Shown: positions 19,285-28,952 of the stretch, piece after piece
Numbering within the stretch: position 1 is the stretch's first letter
Layout of the letters: each line of letters opens with the position of its first letter
Origin: Ignavibacteriota bacterium
Lineage (GTDB): Bacteria; Bacteroidota; Ignavibacteria; UBA10030; SZUA-254
DNA: 64,000 bases
Reading direction: 5' to 3'
NCBI GenBank assembly: GCA_025358305.1
Contig: JANYJZ010000030.1
Location: 96,382 to 160,381 of the forward strand
The notes under the pieces: generated by a model
The model's input: the letters and a program-made list of their open reading frames with translations, nothing else
Database searches by the model: none
What the model was told of the DNA's origin: nothing
Translations under genes and position numbers: made by a program

Positions 19285-20226
19285 TCAGTGCGTCAGCTGC
19301 CGCGCTCCCGTGCCGTCTGCATTCATCACCCAGACCTCCATCGCGCCGGTGCGGTTGCTCTGGAAGGCGATGTGCGTGCCGTCGGGAAACCACGAGGGGG
19401 TCTCGTCCAGGTAGTTTTCGTCGTGCGGCGCGAGCTTCCGGGCGTCGCCCGTGCGGACATCGACGATCCAGATGTGCGCGGCCCCTTTTCGCTTCCGGCT
19501 GTTCACCTGGACGGCGAGGCGCCTTCCGTCCGCCGACCACGAGGGGCACTGCGCACCCCCCTCTTCCGCAGCGATACGGGTCACCTGCCGGACGTTCGAT
19601 CCGTCGGCGTCCATGACGTACACGGCGAGCTCCGACGCGGAGTCCTTGCGACTCGTGTAGGCGATTTGCTTCCCGTCGGGCGACCATCGGCTGTTCCAGG
19701 CGATGGAGAATCCGCCGTTGATGAGCCGCGGCGGCGCGCCGTCGAGCGTCGACAGGAGCAGCCGCGTAGCCGTCCACGTTCCCCCCATGGAGACGAGTCT
19801 CGTGCCGTCCGGCGAGAGGGCCGGGCTGCGGCCGGAAACGCGGGCGAGCAGCTTTCTCTCCGATCCGTCCGGAGCGACGGCGAAGACGCTGCTCGTGTCG
19901 CTCGCGAAGACTGAGTAGACAAGCCGCGCGCCTCCCCGGGTCCACCCGGCGACCGCCTCATGCTCCGGAGAGTCGGTCAGGCGCGTAGCCGTTCCTCCGG
20001 CGGCCGGAATGAGAAAGAGGTCGTCCTTGCCGTCGACCGTCGAGGTGAAGGCGATCGTCCCGCCGTCCGGCGCAACGCACGGGGCCCCGCTCGTTCGTAC
20101 GGTCTTCACGGGAGTGGGCTGCGCCCCCGACATCGTGAACAGGCAGGCAACGACCAGAAGGGAGACACCGCCCGCGATTCGGGCGGCGATCCTGGGATGA
20201 CGGTTGAAGGGGTGCATAGGCCTCAT
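19285..20226 (-). CDS. Periplasmic PD40/TolB-like beta-propeller repeat protein
   Basis: Signal peptide present. Repeated SPDG...LV/A... blades (SWSPDGKQIAYTS, SWSADGRRLAVQ, SWFPDGTHIAFQSNRTG) are typical of PD40 repeats. Confidence 0.7.
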   Translation of the reverse strand: MRPMHPFNRHPRIAARIAGGVSLLVVACLFTMSGAQPTPVKTVRTSGAPCVAPDGGTIAFTSTVDGKDDLFLIPAAGGTATRLTDSPEHEAVAGWTRGGARLVYSVFASDTSSVFAVAPDGSERKLLARVSGRSPALSPDGTRLVSMGGTWTATRLLLSTLDGAPPRLINGGFSIAWNSRWSPDGKQIAYTSRKDSASELAVYVMDADGSNVRQVTRIAAEEGGAQCPSWSADGRRLAVQVNSRKRKGAAHIWIVDVRTGDARKLAPHDENYLDETPSWFPDGTHIAFQSNRTGAMEVWVMNADGTGARQLTH

Positions 20227-21198
20227 TCACTTCCAGATGTACGGTTGCTGGTTCGAGCCGTCGGCATGCATTGTCCAGATCTCCCAATTGCCATGACGCC
20301 GGTTCGTTTGAAAGTACACTGTCGTCCCCTCGGGCGACCATCGGGGCATTTCGTTGTCTCCGTCCTTCGTCTCGACGATCTTCGTCAGCTCGGTGCCATC
20401 CGCCTTCACCGCGTAGATGCAAAACCGCTTTCCCTCATTTGCCCACTGGAACAGCAGCTGCTGCCCATCCGGGGACCACGAACAGTACTCCCCGATCGAC
20501 GTGATGTAACGTTCGGTTCCCGTCGCCAGATCGAAGACGGCGAGGCCGCGCTCGCGCTCCGTTTCGGTCTTCTGCCGGATGCATCTGTAGGCGATCCTGT
20601 CCCCTCCCGGCGAGTATACCGCCCCGTAGCGGATCCCGCCTGGGGCGATGAGGGTGTCGACCGTTCCATTGACGAGATCCACGCGGTAGATCCCGAGACG
20701 GGGGAACGTACCTGCGGCGCAGATGAACCCCTTCCCGTCAGGGGTCCATGACGGTGTTTGCGGCAGTACGAGGTGAAACCTCGTACTGACGTCTTCGGCC
20801 GTGTCTCGCTTCAGATCGTAGATGCAGACGACCCCCTCCTTCGGCGTATAGAGGACGCTCGCTCCGTCAGCGGAGATGAGAGGCATGGAACCTTCACAGA
20901 GCAGGCGGTCCGAGGTATCTGCGACCGACCTCCGGAAGAAGATCTTGATCTTGCCTTCGGACCTGTTCGATTCGTAGGCGAACGACCCGCTGGCGGACAC
21001 AAAGGGCATGGAGTAATTGTAGGTCCCAACCCTGAGCAGCTGCATCCCGCACAACGGACACTGGCCTCCTGTCTCAAGGACCTTCGCGTCGTTCGGACAG
21101 TTGCACGGTGCGCAGTAGTATCCCGCGGGCGTCTGCGAGAAGCTGAGCACGGAGGCGAACGCGGCGAGCATCCAGCAAGCGAACATGCGGCTTTTCAT
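20227..21198 (-). CDS. PD40 beta-propeller protein with an N-terminal Cys-rich (CxxC-x14-CxxC) putative metal-binding motif
   Basis: The start is set at MKSRMFACW (21198). After the signal peptide comes YYCAPCNCPNDAKVLETGGQCPLCGM, then PD40 blades (SWTPDGKGF, YSPGGDRIAY, SWSPDGQQLLF, RWSPEGTTVYFQTNR). It abuts the downstream PD40 gene. Confidence 0.6.
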   Translation of the reverse strand: MKSRMFACWMLAAFASVLSFSQTPAGYYCAPCNCPNDAKVLETGGQCPLCGMQLLRVGTYNYSMPFVSASGSFAYESNRSEGKIKIFFRRSVADTSDRLLCEGSMPLISADGASVLYTPKEGVVCIYDLKRDTAEDVSTRFHLVLPQTPSWTPDGKGFICAAGTFPRLGIYRVDLVNGTVDTLIAPGGIRYGAVYSPGGDRIAYRCIRQKTETERERGLAVFDLATGTERYITSIGEYCSWSPDGQQLLFQWANEGKRFCIYAVKADGTELTKIVETKDGDNEMPRWSPEGTTVYFQTNRRHGNWEIWTMHADGSNQQPYIWK

Positions 21199-21314
21199 GC
21201 GATCCTCTCGTCCCTGAAATGGTGACAACTGCCCCATGGGAGCCCCGTTCGGTCCCATGCTCAGAGGGTACGCGAAGGGCGCCGGAAGGTTGCAGGCGGC
21301 GCCGCCAGGAAGGC

Positions 21315-23684
21315 TCAATAGCCCTGTTCCTGCACCTCCGTCGCGACGATGTCGAGCGTCCTGTGCATCTCGCCGAGGATGGATGTGAACTCGGGATCGC
21401 CGCGGAGCCCGTCGAACCAACTGTCCGACTGGTACCACGAATACCAGTAGTTCCCGAGGCGGGTCGCCCGGCGCATCCAGGCGAGCGCCTCGACGCGGTT
21501 CCCCAGCTTCGCATGGATCGCGGCTGCCTGCCGGGCCATGGCGTAGTCGAACTCCACGAACCCCTTGATCCGGCCGAGCGCACGGCCCGCCGCGGCCGTA
21601 TCTCCCCGCGCCGCCGCCAGCATGGCGCGCGCGAGATCGACCTGCGGGCTCGTCGGCTCGCTTTGTGCAGCGCGCGTGATCTCCTCCTCCGCCTTGCCGA
21701 GGTCGTCGAGCCTGATGTAGCTCAGGGCGAGGAGACCGGCCCGGAGCCACGCGTCGTCCGGGCTGCGTTGAATGGCGCGCTGGAGGTGGAAGATGCTCTC
21801 GCGGTACCGGCCTTGGAACTGGTACATCCGGGCGCGGACCCGATCGATGTTGAACGTCGGATCATAGTCGGCTGCGCGGTCGAAGATCTCCTTCGCGCGG
21901 TCGAACTCGCCCCGATACTGATAGAAGACGCCGACGTCCTCGAGTGACGAGCTCGAATGCGGATCGATCGCGAGCGCGCGGAAGGACTCCCTCACACCCG
22001 CCGGGTAATCGCCCTTGACGCGCAATGCAAATCCGAGCGCGGCGTGCGCCATCGCCATCGACGGATCGATCGCGAGCGCCTTCCGGGCCGTCACCTCCCC
22101 CTTCCCGACCCACGCGGTGTCCGCCGAATAATTGCTCCAGAACTGTTCGACGTAGACGTCGCTGAGCCGCGCGTAGGCTTGGGCGAAGAGCGAATCGCGC
22201 CCGACCGCGCGCTCGAACTGCGCCATGGCATTCTGGTTGTTCGCTTTCGAGCTCTTGTTGAGGTAGCCGATCCCCCGCAGGTATGCCTCGTAGGCCACGT
22301 GGCTCGACGTGCTCACCTTGTGGAGCGCCTGAACCTCCCCCTCGGTGAGGGGGATCCGGAGCCCTTCGACGATCCGTTCCGAGATGTTGTCCTGCACGTC
22401 CCGCATGTCCTGCCAGAGGAAGTCAAGCTTGTCCGCGACAAGGATCGCGCCCGAACCGACGTCCACGAGCTGGAAATTCACGTAGAGCCGGTCCCCCATC
22501 CGCTGGAACCTGCCCTCGAGGACGAACTCCGTTCCGAGGTCCGCGCCGGCCTTCGCCGCCGTGACACTCTTGCCCTCGAACGCGACGATCGCGCTCGTCG
22601 GACGCACGAGGAGCGACCGGACGTACGAGAGCCTCGTGATGATGTCGTCCGCGAACCCGATGGAGAGGAAGTTGCTCGCGGAGTCCTGCGCGGCGTTCGT
22701 AAACGGTAGGACGGCGATGGTCTTCTGCGCCCGGAAGGGGTTTCCGAAGCCGCGGAGGAGGAAGTACGATCCGATCCCGACGGCGACGAGGAGGACTGCC
22801 GCGATCACGGCGAGCCGCGGCGGCAGGAGCGTCGCGTCGATCGTGCGGCGCATGTTCGGGTGCGCCCGGAGCCGCTCAAGGTCGTTCCGGACCTCCGTCA
22901 TCGTTTGGTAGCGCCGGCGGCGGTCCTTCTGCATCGCTTTCGCGATGATGCGGACAAGTTCACCCGAGGTTCCCGGGCGGACCTTTGCCGGTGAATCGGC
23001 GTGCTTCCGGGTGATCGACGTGAGGAGCTCCGCGACCGTCCTTCCCTTGAACGGCAGCTCGCCTGCCACCATGAGGTAAAGGAGCGTCCCGAAGGAAAAG
23101 ATGTCGCTCTGGGCATCGATCTCCTCCTCGTTGATCTGCTCCGGCGACATGTAGGCAAAGGTCCCGATGAGGCTCCCGGGACTCGTCACGTGGCTCGACC
23201 CCATGAGGCGCGCCAAGCCGAAGTCCATGACCTTCACTTGGCCCTGCGTCGAGATCATGACGTTCTCCGGCTTGATGTCGCGGTGCACGATGCCGTGGTC
23301 GTGGGCGTCGGCGATGCCTGCGGCGATCTGGCCCGCGATCTCGAGTACGCGGTCGGCGCCGAGCGGTCCTTCCAGGAGGAGCGCCCCGAGCGTCTTTCCC
23401 TCGACGCATTCACTGGCGATGAACGCCGTGCCGTCGATCTCATCGAACTCATGGATGGTGACGATGTTCGGATGGTTGAGCGACGAGGCGAGACGCGCTT
23501 CCTGGAAGAACCGCGCCCGGTCGTCGGGGGATGCGGCGAGGATGGCGGGAAACACCTTGAGGGCGACGAACCGGTGGAGCTTCAGGTCCTCCGCCCGGTA
23601 GACAATGCCCATCCCGCCCTCGCCGAGCTTGGAGACTACGCGGTAATGAGAAATGGTCTGCCCGAGCATGCCGGATGGTCCCAT
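21315..23684 (-). CDS. Serine/threonine protein kinase with a transmembrane helix, a TolB-N-like periplasmic domain and C-terminal TPR repeats
   Basis: Hanks kinase motifs GEGGMG, VALKV, HRDIKPEN, DFGLA and SPEQ. A transmembrane helix (LAVIAAVLLVAVGIGSYFLL). Then IAVLPFTNAAQD...FVLEGRFQRMGDRLYVNFQLVD, a TolB-amino-terminal-like module, and then TPR-like repeats. The start is set to MGPSGMLGQT (23684). Confidence 0.75.
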   Translation of the reverse strand: MGPSGMLGQTISHYRVVSKLGEGGMGIVYRAEDLKLHRFVALKVFPAILAASPDDRARFFQEARLASSLNHPNIVTIHEFDEIDGTAFIASECVEGKTLGALLLEGPLGADRVLEIAGQIAAGIADAHDHGIVHRDIKPENVMISTQGQVKVMDFGLARLMGSSHVTSPGSLIGTFAYMSPEQINEEEIDAQSDIFSFGTLLYLMVAGELPFKGRTVAELLTSITRKHADSPAKVRPGTSGELVRIIAKAMQKDRRRRYQTMTEVRNDLERLRAHPNMRRTIDATLLPPRLAVIAAVLLVAVGIGSYFLLRGFGNPFRAQKTIAVLPFTNAAQDSASNFLSIGFADDIITRLSYVRSLLVRPTSAIVAFEGKSVTAAKAGADLGTEFVLEGRFQRMGDRLYVNFQLVDVGSGAILVADKLDFLWQDMRDVQDNISERIVEGLRIPLTEGEVQALHKVSTSSHVAYEAYLRGIGYLNKSSKANNQNAMAQFERAVGRDSLFAQAYARLSDVYVEQFWSNYSADTAWVGKGEVTARKALAIDPSMAMAHAALGFALRVKGDYPAGVRESFRALAIDPHSSSSLEDVGVFYQYRGEFDRAKEIFDRAADYDPTFNIDRVRARMYQFQGRYRESIFHLQRAIQRSPDDAWLRAGLLALSYIRLDDLGKAEEEITRAAQSEPTSPQVDLARAMLAAARGDTAAAGRALGRIKGFVEFDYAMARQAAAIHAKLGNRVEALAWMRRATRLGNYWYSWYQSDSWFDGLRGDPEFTSILGEMHRTLDIVATEVQEQGY

Positions 23685-23975
23685 GAGTGTTGACAGGAGC
23701 CCCGGCGTTTGCGCCGGGTACGAATGATGCGGAGGAGTGAGTCGAAAAATATACCAAAGGAGGGTGCAAGAAGCAACACTCGGTCCAAATCCCTGGAGCC
23801 TTGAATCATTTCCCCGCTTTTCGTATGTTAGGTCGGAGCGCGGATCGTACGACATCGCTTCCCCTCCCGGTATCCTCAAATGCTGGTACGATCGCCGGCG
23901 ATCGCGGCGTGTCTGTTATAGAGAGTCGTTGCGTCGGATGGTCTCTCCCACAGAATCAAGGTTTTCTCGCATTCC

Positions 23976-26228
23976 ATGAGACTCATATTTTTACTCACAG
24001 GCCTCCTCCTCTGCGCTCTGCCGGCCCGATCGAACGCAGGGACCTTTCAGAGAGTTGAGGGGACGCTCAGCGGGTTCGTTCGCGATAGCGCCAACGGCGA
24101 GTCGATCCCCTTCGCGTCGGTATACATCAAGGGATTGAAGATCGGGACGGCCACCAACGCGGAAGGCTACTTCGCCATTCCCAACGTACCCGACGGTGAA
24201 CATGAGGTCCAAGTCTCCATCGTCGGATATCTGCCGTCGCTCTTTGTCATTGCGGTCGAGAACGGTGCCGACATCGTCCACAATATCTCCCTCGTCGCTC
24301 AGTCGGTGGACATTCCGCAGGTAGTGGTGACGGCCGACCTCGAGGAGGAGCGGCGCGCGACGCAAACGAGCCACGTGATCCTCCAAGCGGCCGATGTGAC
24401 GACGATGCCGACGGTGGGGGAGCCGGACATCTTTCGCGCGCTCCAGCTCATGCCCGGCGTCAAAGCAACTTCCGAGATCTCCAGCGGGCTGAACGTCCGA
24501 GGGGGGAGCACCGACCAGAATCTCATCCTGCTCGATGGGACCGTCGTGTACAATCCATCGCACTTCTTTGGGTTCTTCAGCACGTTCAATACTGACGCTG
24601 TCAAGGATATCGACCTCATGAAGGGAGGCTTCCCGGCCGAATACGGCGGGCGGCTCTCCTCAGTGCTCAACGTGACGAACATCGACGGGGACCGGATGAA
24701 GAGCCGCGGCAAGGCGTCCATCAGCCTCCTGAGTACCCGGCTCACCGGTGAGGGGCCCGTCGGGGACGGATCCTGGTTCCTCTCCGCCCGGCGGACCTAC
24801 TTCGACCAGTTCATCTCTCTGGCGCATCTCGACACCGGCAAGGACGCTCTCCCGCTCTACTACTTCTACGATGCGAACTTCAAGCTCAATCAGAATTTCG
24901 GACAGAACGACAAGCTCTCCATCGTCGGCTATCTCGGCCAGGACAACCTTGATTGGAAGATCGGGAAGAATGAACTCGCCATCGATATGTCGTGGGGCAA
25001 CCGCACCGGCGCGCTGAAGTGGACGCACGTGTTCAGTCCGACCGTCTTCTCGAACATCATGGCCACCTACAGCAGATACACCGCGGCGATCGGCGTCGGA
25101 TTCAGCGGATCGCACTTCGAACAGGACAACGGGGTCGACGACTATTCGCTGCGAACCGATGTCGACTTCTTCGTGACGAACGACCATTTTATGAAACTCG
25201 GGGCCTGGTGGTCCGCCTACCGGGTCTCGTATCAGCAGTTCAGCGATGGCGACCCGTACGTCTTCCTCAACCGCCCCTCCCAGATCGCCCTCTACGCGGA
25301 GGACGAGTGGCAGTACGACCTGCGGTGGAAGATCCAGTACGGATTCCGGTTTGAATACCAGAACCTCTCCCGGTCCTCCACTATCGGCCCGCGGTTGAAC
25401 CTGCACTATGCGATCAGCGACAATACATCTCTGAAGTTCGCCACGGGGTTCTACCACCAGTATCTCACCGCGGTACCGGCCGGCACCGACAATGGGTTCT
25501 CCCCGTTCGATATCTGGGTCCCGATCAACGACAAGATGAAGACAAGCCGAGCCTACGACCTTGTCATGGGGTACGAAACGAAGAACATCGCCGATATGGT
25601 CGTGACGCTTGAGGCATATTACAAGAAGTTCAACAACATCCTCTACTTCAGAAACGAGATCACGGATTCCAGGGATGTGAGCGACCTCTTCTACACCGGC
25701 TCGGGCGACGCGTACGGCGTGGAACTCTTCCTGAACAAATCGGTCGGCCGTCTCACCGGCATGATCGGTTATACGCTTGCCTGGACCAACCGGAGGTTCC
25801 CTGAACTGAATCGCGGTGCGTCGTTCATGCCGAAGTATGACAGGAGGCACGATCTCTCGGTCACGGCATCATACGCCCTGAGCCCGGACTGGAAGATCGG
25901 ATCGGCATTCACCTACCAGACCGGGCAGCCCTATACTACCGGCGTGGCTCGCTACCAGGTGGATGCGAACGGCGCAATGTTCAGCCAGACCCTGCCCGGC
26001 CCCCTGTTCAACCGCCGCCTTTCGGCGTACAATCGTCTCGATTTCATGATCTCCAAGAGAATGTCGATCTTCGGACTCCAGGGAAGCTGGTACATCCAGG
26101 TCTACAACATCTACAGCCGGCGGAACGTCTGGTTCAAGCAATTCGATGATGCGAAGAACCCCGCGGAGGTCTCCGACGTCAAACTTCTCCCCATCATCCC
26201 GACGGTGGGGATGGAGGTATCGTTCTGA
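23976..26228 (+). CDS. TonB-dependent receptor with an N-terminal carboxypeptidase-regulatory-like domain
   Basis: Signal peptide. A CarbopepD_reg-like segment (GTLSGFVRDSANGESIPFASVYIKGLKIGTATNAEGYFAI), a plug, and a 22-strand barrel ending in an aromatic residue (MEVSF). Confidence 0.85.
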   Translation: MRLIFLLTGLLLCALPARSNAGTFQRVEGTLSGFVRDSANGESIPFASVYIKGLKIGTATNAEGYFAIPNVPDGEHEVQVSIVGYLPSLFVIAVENGADIVHNISLVAQSVDIPQVVVTADLEEERRATQTSHVILQAADVTTMPTVGEPDIFRALQLMPGVKATSEISSGLNVRGGSTDQNLILLDGTVVYNPSHFFGFFSTFNTDAVKDIDLMKGGFPAEYGGRLSSVLNVTNIDGDRMKSRGKASISLLSTRLTGEGPVGDGSWFLSARRTYFDQFISLAHLDTGKDALPLYYFYDANFKLNQNFGQNDKLSIVGYLGQDNLDWKIGKNELAIDMSWGNRTGALKWTHVFSPTVFSNIMATYSRYTAAIGVGFSGSHFEQDNGVDDYSLRTDVDFFVTNDHFMKLGAWWSAYRVSYQQFSDGDPYVFLNRPSQIALYAEDEWQYDLRWKIQYGFRFEYQNLSRSSTIGPRLNLHYAISDNTSLKFATGFYHQYLTAVPAGTDNGFSPFDIWVPINDKMKTSRAYDLVMGYETKNIADMVVTLEAYYKKFNNILYFRNEITDSRDVSDLFYTGSGDAYGVELFLNKSVGRLTGMIGYTLAWTNRRFPELNRGASFMPKYDRRHDLSVTASYALSPDWKIGSAFTYQTGQPYTTGVARYQVDANGAMFSQTLPGPLFNRRLSAYNRLDFMISKRMSIFGLQGSWYIQVYNIYSRRNVWFKQFDDAKNPAEVSDVKLLPIIPTVGMEVSF

Positions 26229-26296
26229 TGCTGATCGCCGCTCACACGAGAAACAGCAAGAACCTCCGACCGCACGCGATCGCACTTCTTCGCGCC

Positions 26297-27145
26297 ATGA
26301 CCCGTGCCGTCGCCGTCGCGCTCATACTGCTCATTGCCGTGCTCTCAGGCTGCGATGAAGCAACGTCGCCCTTTGATTACCGGCGGGAAGTTGTCGTGAA
26401 CGCGACCCTCGTCGCAGGCGAACATTTCGCCGACGTGTTCCTGACATGGTCCGGCAGGGTCGATGAGTATTACAGTCCTTTGGGCTTGGGGATCCGGGGA
26501 GCGCTCGTCATCATCAGCGACGCCCAAGGAGTGTTCGCCGATACGCTTCTCCCCGATAACGGCTACCCTGGACGCTACACCTCCGCGTCCTTCCGATCGG
26601 TGCAGCCTCGTCAAACGTACAATCTCTATGTCAGGACCCAGGAACCCGACGTACGGGTCGTCACCGGCACCACGAGCGTTCCCGATACCTTTCGCATCAC
26701 CGCATCGACGCTGCACAACGGGGACAGGGTCCGCTACGATCTGGACGCGCCCGTCCATTCGTTCGCATGGTCGACCTGCGGGAACTTTTCCGCCTATCTC
26801 CCGACCGTGTGGTCGATGGACGCGAATCCTGCGCTCATACCAAAGGCGTATTACGGCGACACCGCGAGCGCGACCTTCAAACGGCCGAGCCGCACCGTCT
26901 ACCGCATCGGACTCCCAAAGACGCAAACGAACACCGATGTTCCCTGGCTGTTCCTGAATTATTATGGGAGGACGAGATTTGATATCTTTGCCGTGGACGA
27001 GAACTTGGCTGACTTCCTCCGCCAGTGGCTGGCGCTGCAGACGGGGGAGCTGAAGGAGATCCGCTACAAGCTCCAGGGTGGGATCGGCTTGTTCTGTTCC
27101 AAGTCGCGTGCGGAGAACGGCGTTGAGGTCTATTTTGTGAAGTGA
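26297..27145 (+). CDS. DUF4249-family lipoprotein (a frequent partner of TonB-dependent receptors in the FCB group)
   Basis: Lipobox LSGC. The size, composition and position immediately after the receptor are typical of DUF4249. The start is set to M24; the ORF in the track begins at 26228. Confidence 0.5.
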   Translation: MTRAVAVALILLIAVLSGCDEATSPFDYRREVVVNATLVAGEHFADVFLTWSGRVDEYYSPLGLGIRGALVIISDAQGVFADTLLPDNGYPGRYTSASFRSVQPRQTYNLYVRTQEPDVRVVTGTTSVPDTFRITASTLHNGDRVRYDLDAPVHSFAWSTCGNFSAYLPTVWSMDANPALIPKAYYGDTASATFKRPSRTVYRIGLPKTQTNTDVPWLFLNYYGRTRFDIFAVDENLADFLRQWLALQTGELKEIRYKLQGGIGLFCSKSRAENGVEVYFVK

Positions 27146-27226
27146 AGAGGACTCGACGGGGAACAGCATCGGTGTTGTTCTCCGCAGACGGGCAAGAAGA
27201 AGGAATGCTTCTCGCTACCAAACGTA

Positions 27227-27262
27227 GCGAATCCCGCCGTCATATCGACAGCGGGATTCGCT
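27227..27262. repeat. 12-bp perfect-stem hairpin in a 350-nt convergent intergenic region
   Basis: agcgaatcccgc-[12 nt]-gcgggattcgct. Confidence 0.4.
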
Positions 27263-27495
27263 CTCCCTAGTCCACCTATCACAATCTACTGCACGTGAAG
27301 ATGCTACCTTGTTCTACCGTTCATATCGTATTTGCAAGATCCGTGCCACTGCCTGCGGAAGGCGCCGAGAAGAAGAAATGAGGCAACAGGACCGTTATTG
27401 ATGATGTGTTGATCCCAGGGGTCGCGCCGGAAAAGGGGGAGCTGCCAACATATCGGCAGAGGTGCCGTGCAGTTGGCACGGGGGGGAATAATCGA

Positions 27496-28944
27496 TCAGC
27501 GGGTGATGCCGAGCTTCTTCATTTTCGCCTGGAGCGTCGTCCGGTTGAGCCCGAGGATCTCCGCCGCCCGGGTCTGGTTCCAGTCGACGCGCTCGAGGAC
27601 CTTCACGATATGCTGCCGCGTCGTCGCACCGAGGTCGTTCGCATCGACCACGTCCGCATCGGGAAGATAAAAATCGCCGATGACCGACGGGTGTTCTGAA
27701 AGGAGGAGGGCCTTCCGGGCGATGTTCTGGAGTTCGCGAACGTTGCCGGGGAAGGGGTAGCGCTGGAGCGCCGAGATCGCCTCGGCGGTCGGGGACTTCG
27801 CGGGGAGATTGTTCTCAGCGCAGAAGGCCTTCAGGAAGTGCATCGTCATAGGGACGATGTCGTCGGGGCGGTCCCGCAGGGCGGGAAGGCGGATCTCCAC
27901 CCCGCAGAGGCGGTAGTACAGGTCCTGCCGGAACGCGCCGTCCCGGATCGCGTCCCGGATATTCCTGTTCGTCGCGCTGATGACGCGAACATTGACGAAC
28001 CGGTACTGTGTGTCGCCGACGCGCCGGATCTCCCCCTCTTGGAGGACGCGCAAGAGCTTCGACTGGAGGGCCGGCTGCATGTCGGCGATCTCGTCGAGGA
28101 AGATCGTCCCTCCGTCCGCCTCCTCGAAGAGCCCCTTCGTGTCAGCGACGGCCCCCGTGTAGGCCCCTTTCCGGGCGCCGAAAAGTTCGGCCTCGAGGAT
28201 CTGCTCCGGAAGAGCGCTGCAGTTGATCGGAACGAACCGCTTGTCCCGCCGCGGACTCTGGTAATGGATCGCCCGCGCCACAAGCTCCTTGCCGGTGCCG
28301 CTTTCGCCCGTGACGAGGACGCTGACGTTCGTCGAGGCGACGGCCTGTACCTGGTCGCAAACGCCGTGCATCTCGCGGCTGACGCAGATAATGTTGTCGT
28401 AACGGTACTTCCCGACCGCCTCCCCCTTCCAGTACCGCGCCTCGTCCCTCGTCGCCTCAAAGCGCCGCGCGTTCTGGATCGCGATCGCGGCGAGGTTCGC
28501 GAAGGTCTGCAGGAAGCTCACATCCTCGGCCGTGAAGACCTTCGTGACCTTGCGGCTGTCGAGGTAGATCGTACCGATGATCGCGTCCTTGTCCGCGAGC
28601 GGCACGCAGAGGATGGAGAGGATCTTGAACTCCTTCACGCTGTCGCGGCCCATGGTGTTCGGATCGTTCTGGACGTTCGAGGACAGGAAGTACCGGCCGC
28701 TCGACGCCACTTCGGTCGTAATGCTCCGGCTGATCTCGGTCGCGTTCTCCAGCGTCTCACGTTCCACGTTCCGCGCCGCCTTCGGCTGGAGGACGCCGTC
28801 GCCGTCTTTGAGGAAGAGGACGCCGCGTTCGACGCCCACCGCGGTGATCGCCGAGTCCATGATCGTCTCGAGGAGCTCGTCGATGTCGAGGAGCGAGTTG
28901 ATCGCCTTGCTGATCGCGATGAAGGATGCGAGCGTCTTTTCCAT
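27496..28944 (-). CDS. Sigma-54-dependent transcriptional activator (GAF sensor, AAA+, Fis-type HTH)
   Basis: The start is set at MEKTLASF (28944). GAF domain at the N-terminus. Sigma-54 interaction motifs GESGTGKE and GAFTGA-like ARKGAYTGA, plus RVISATNRN. C-terminal helix-turn-helix AAEILGLNRTTLQAKMKKLGI. Confidence 0.85.
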   Translation of the reverse strand: MEKTLASFIAISKAINSLLDIDELLETIMDSAITAVGVERGVLFLKDGDGVLQPKAARNVERETLENATEISRSITTEVASSGRYFLSSNVQNDPNTMGRDSVKEFKILSILCVPLADKDAIIGTIYLDSRKVTKVFTAEDVSFLQTFANLAAIAIQNARRFEATRDEARYWKGEAVGKYRYDNIICVSREMHGVCDQVQAVASTNVSVLVTGESGTGKELVARAIHYQSPRRDKRFVPINCSALPEQILEAELFGARKGAYTGAVADTKGLFEEADGGTIFLDEIADMQPALQSKLLRVLQEGEIRRVGDTQYRFVNVRVISATNRNIRDAIRDGAFRQDLYYRLCGVEIRLPALRDRPDDIVPMTMHFLKAFCAENNLPAKSPTAEAISALQRYPFPGNVRELQNIARKALLLSEHPSVIGDFYLPDADVVDANDLGATTRQHIVKVLERVDWNQTRAAEILGLNRTTLQAKMKKLGITR

Positions 28945-28952
28945 TGTGAAAT

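Noticed and set aside
20227-21750. Long N-terminal extension (184 aa) of the second PD40 ORF
   Set aside because: Arg/Gly/Pro-rich junk that overlaps the kinase gene region. The signal-peptide start MKSRMFACW at 21198 is far more plausible.
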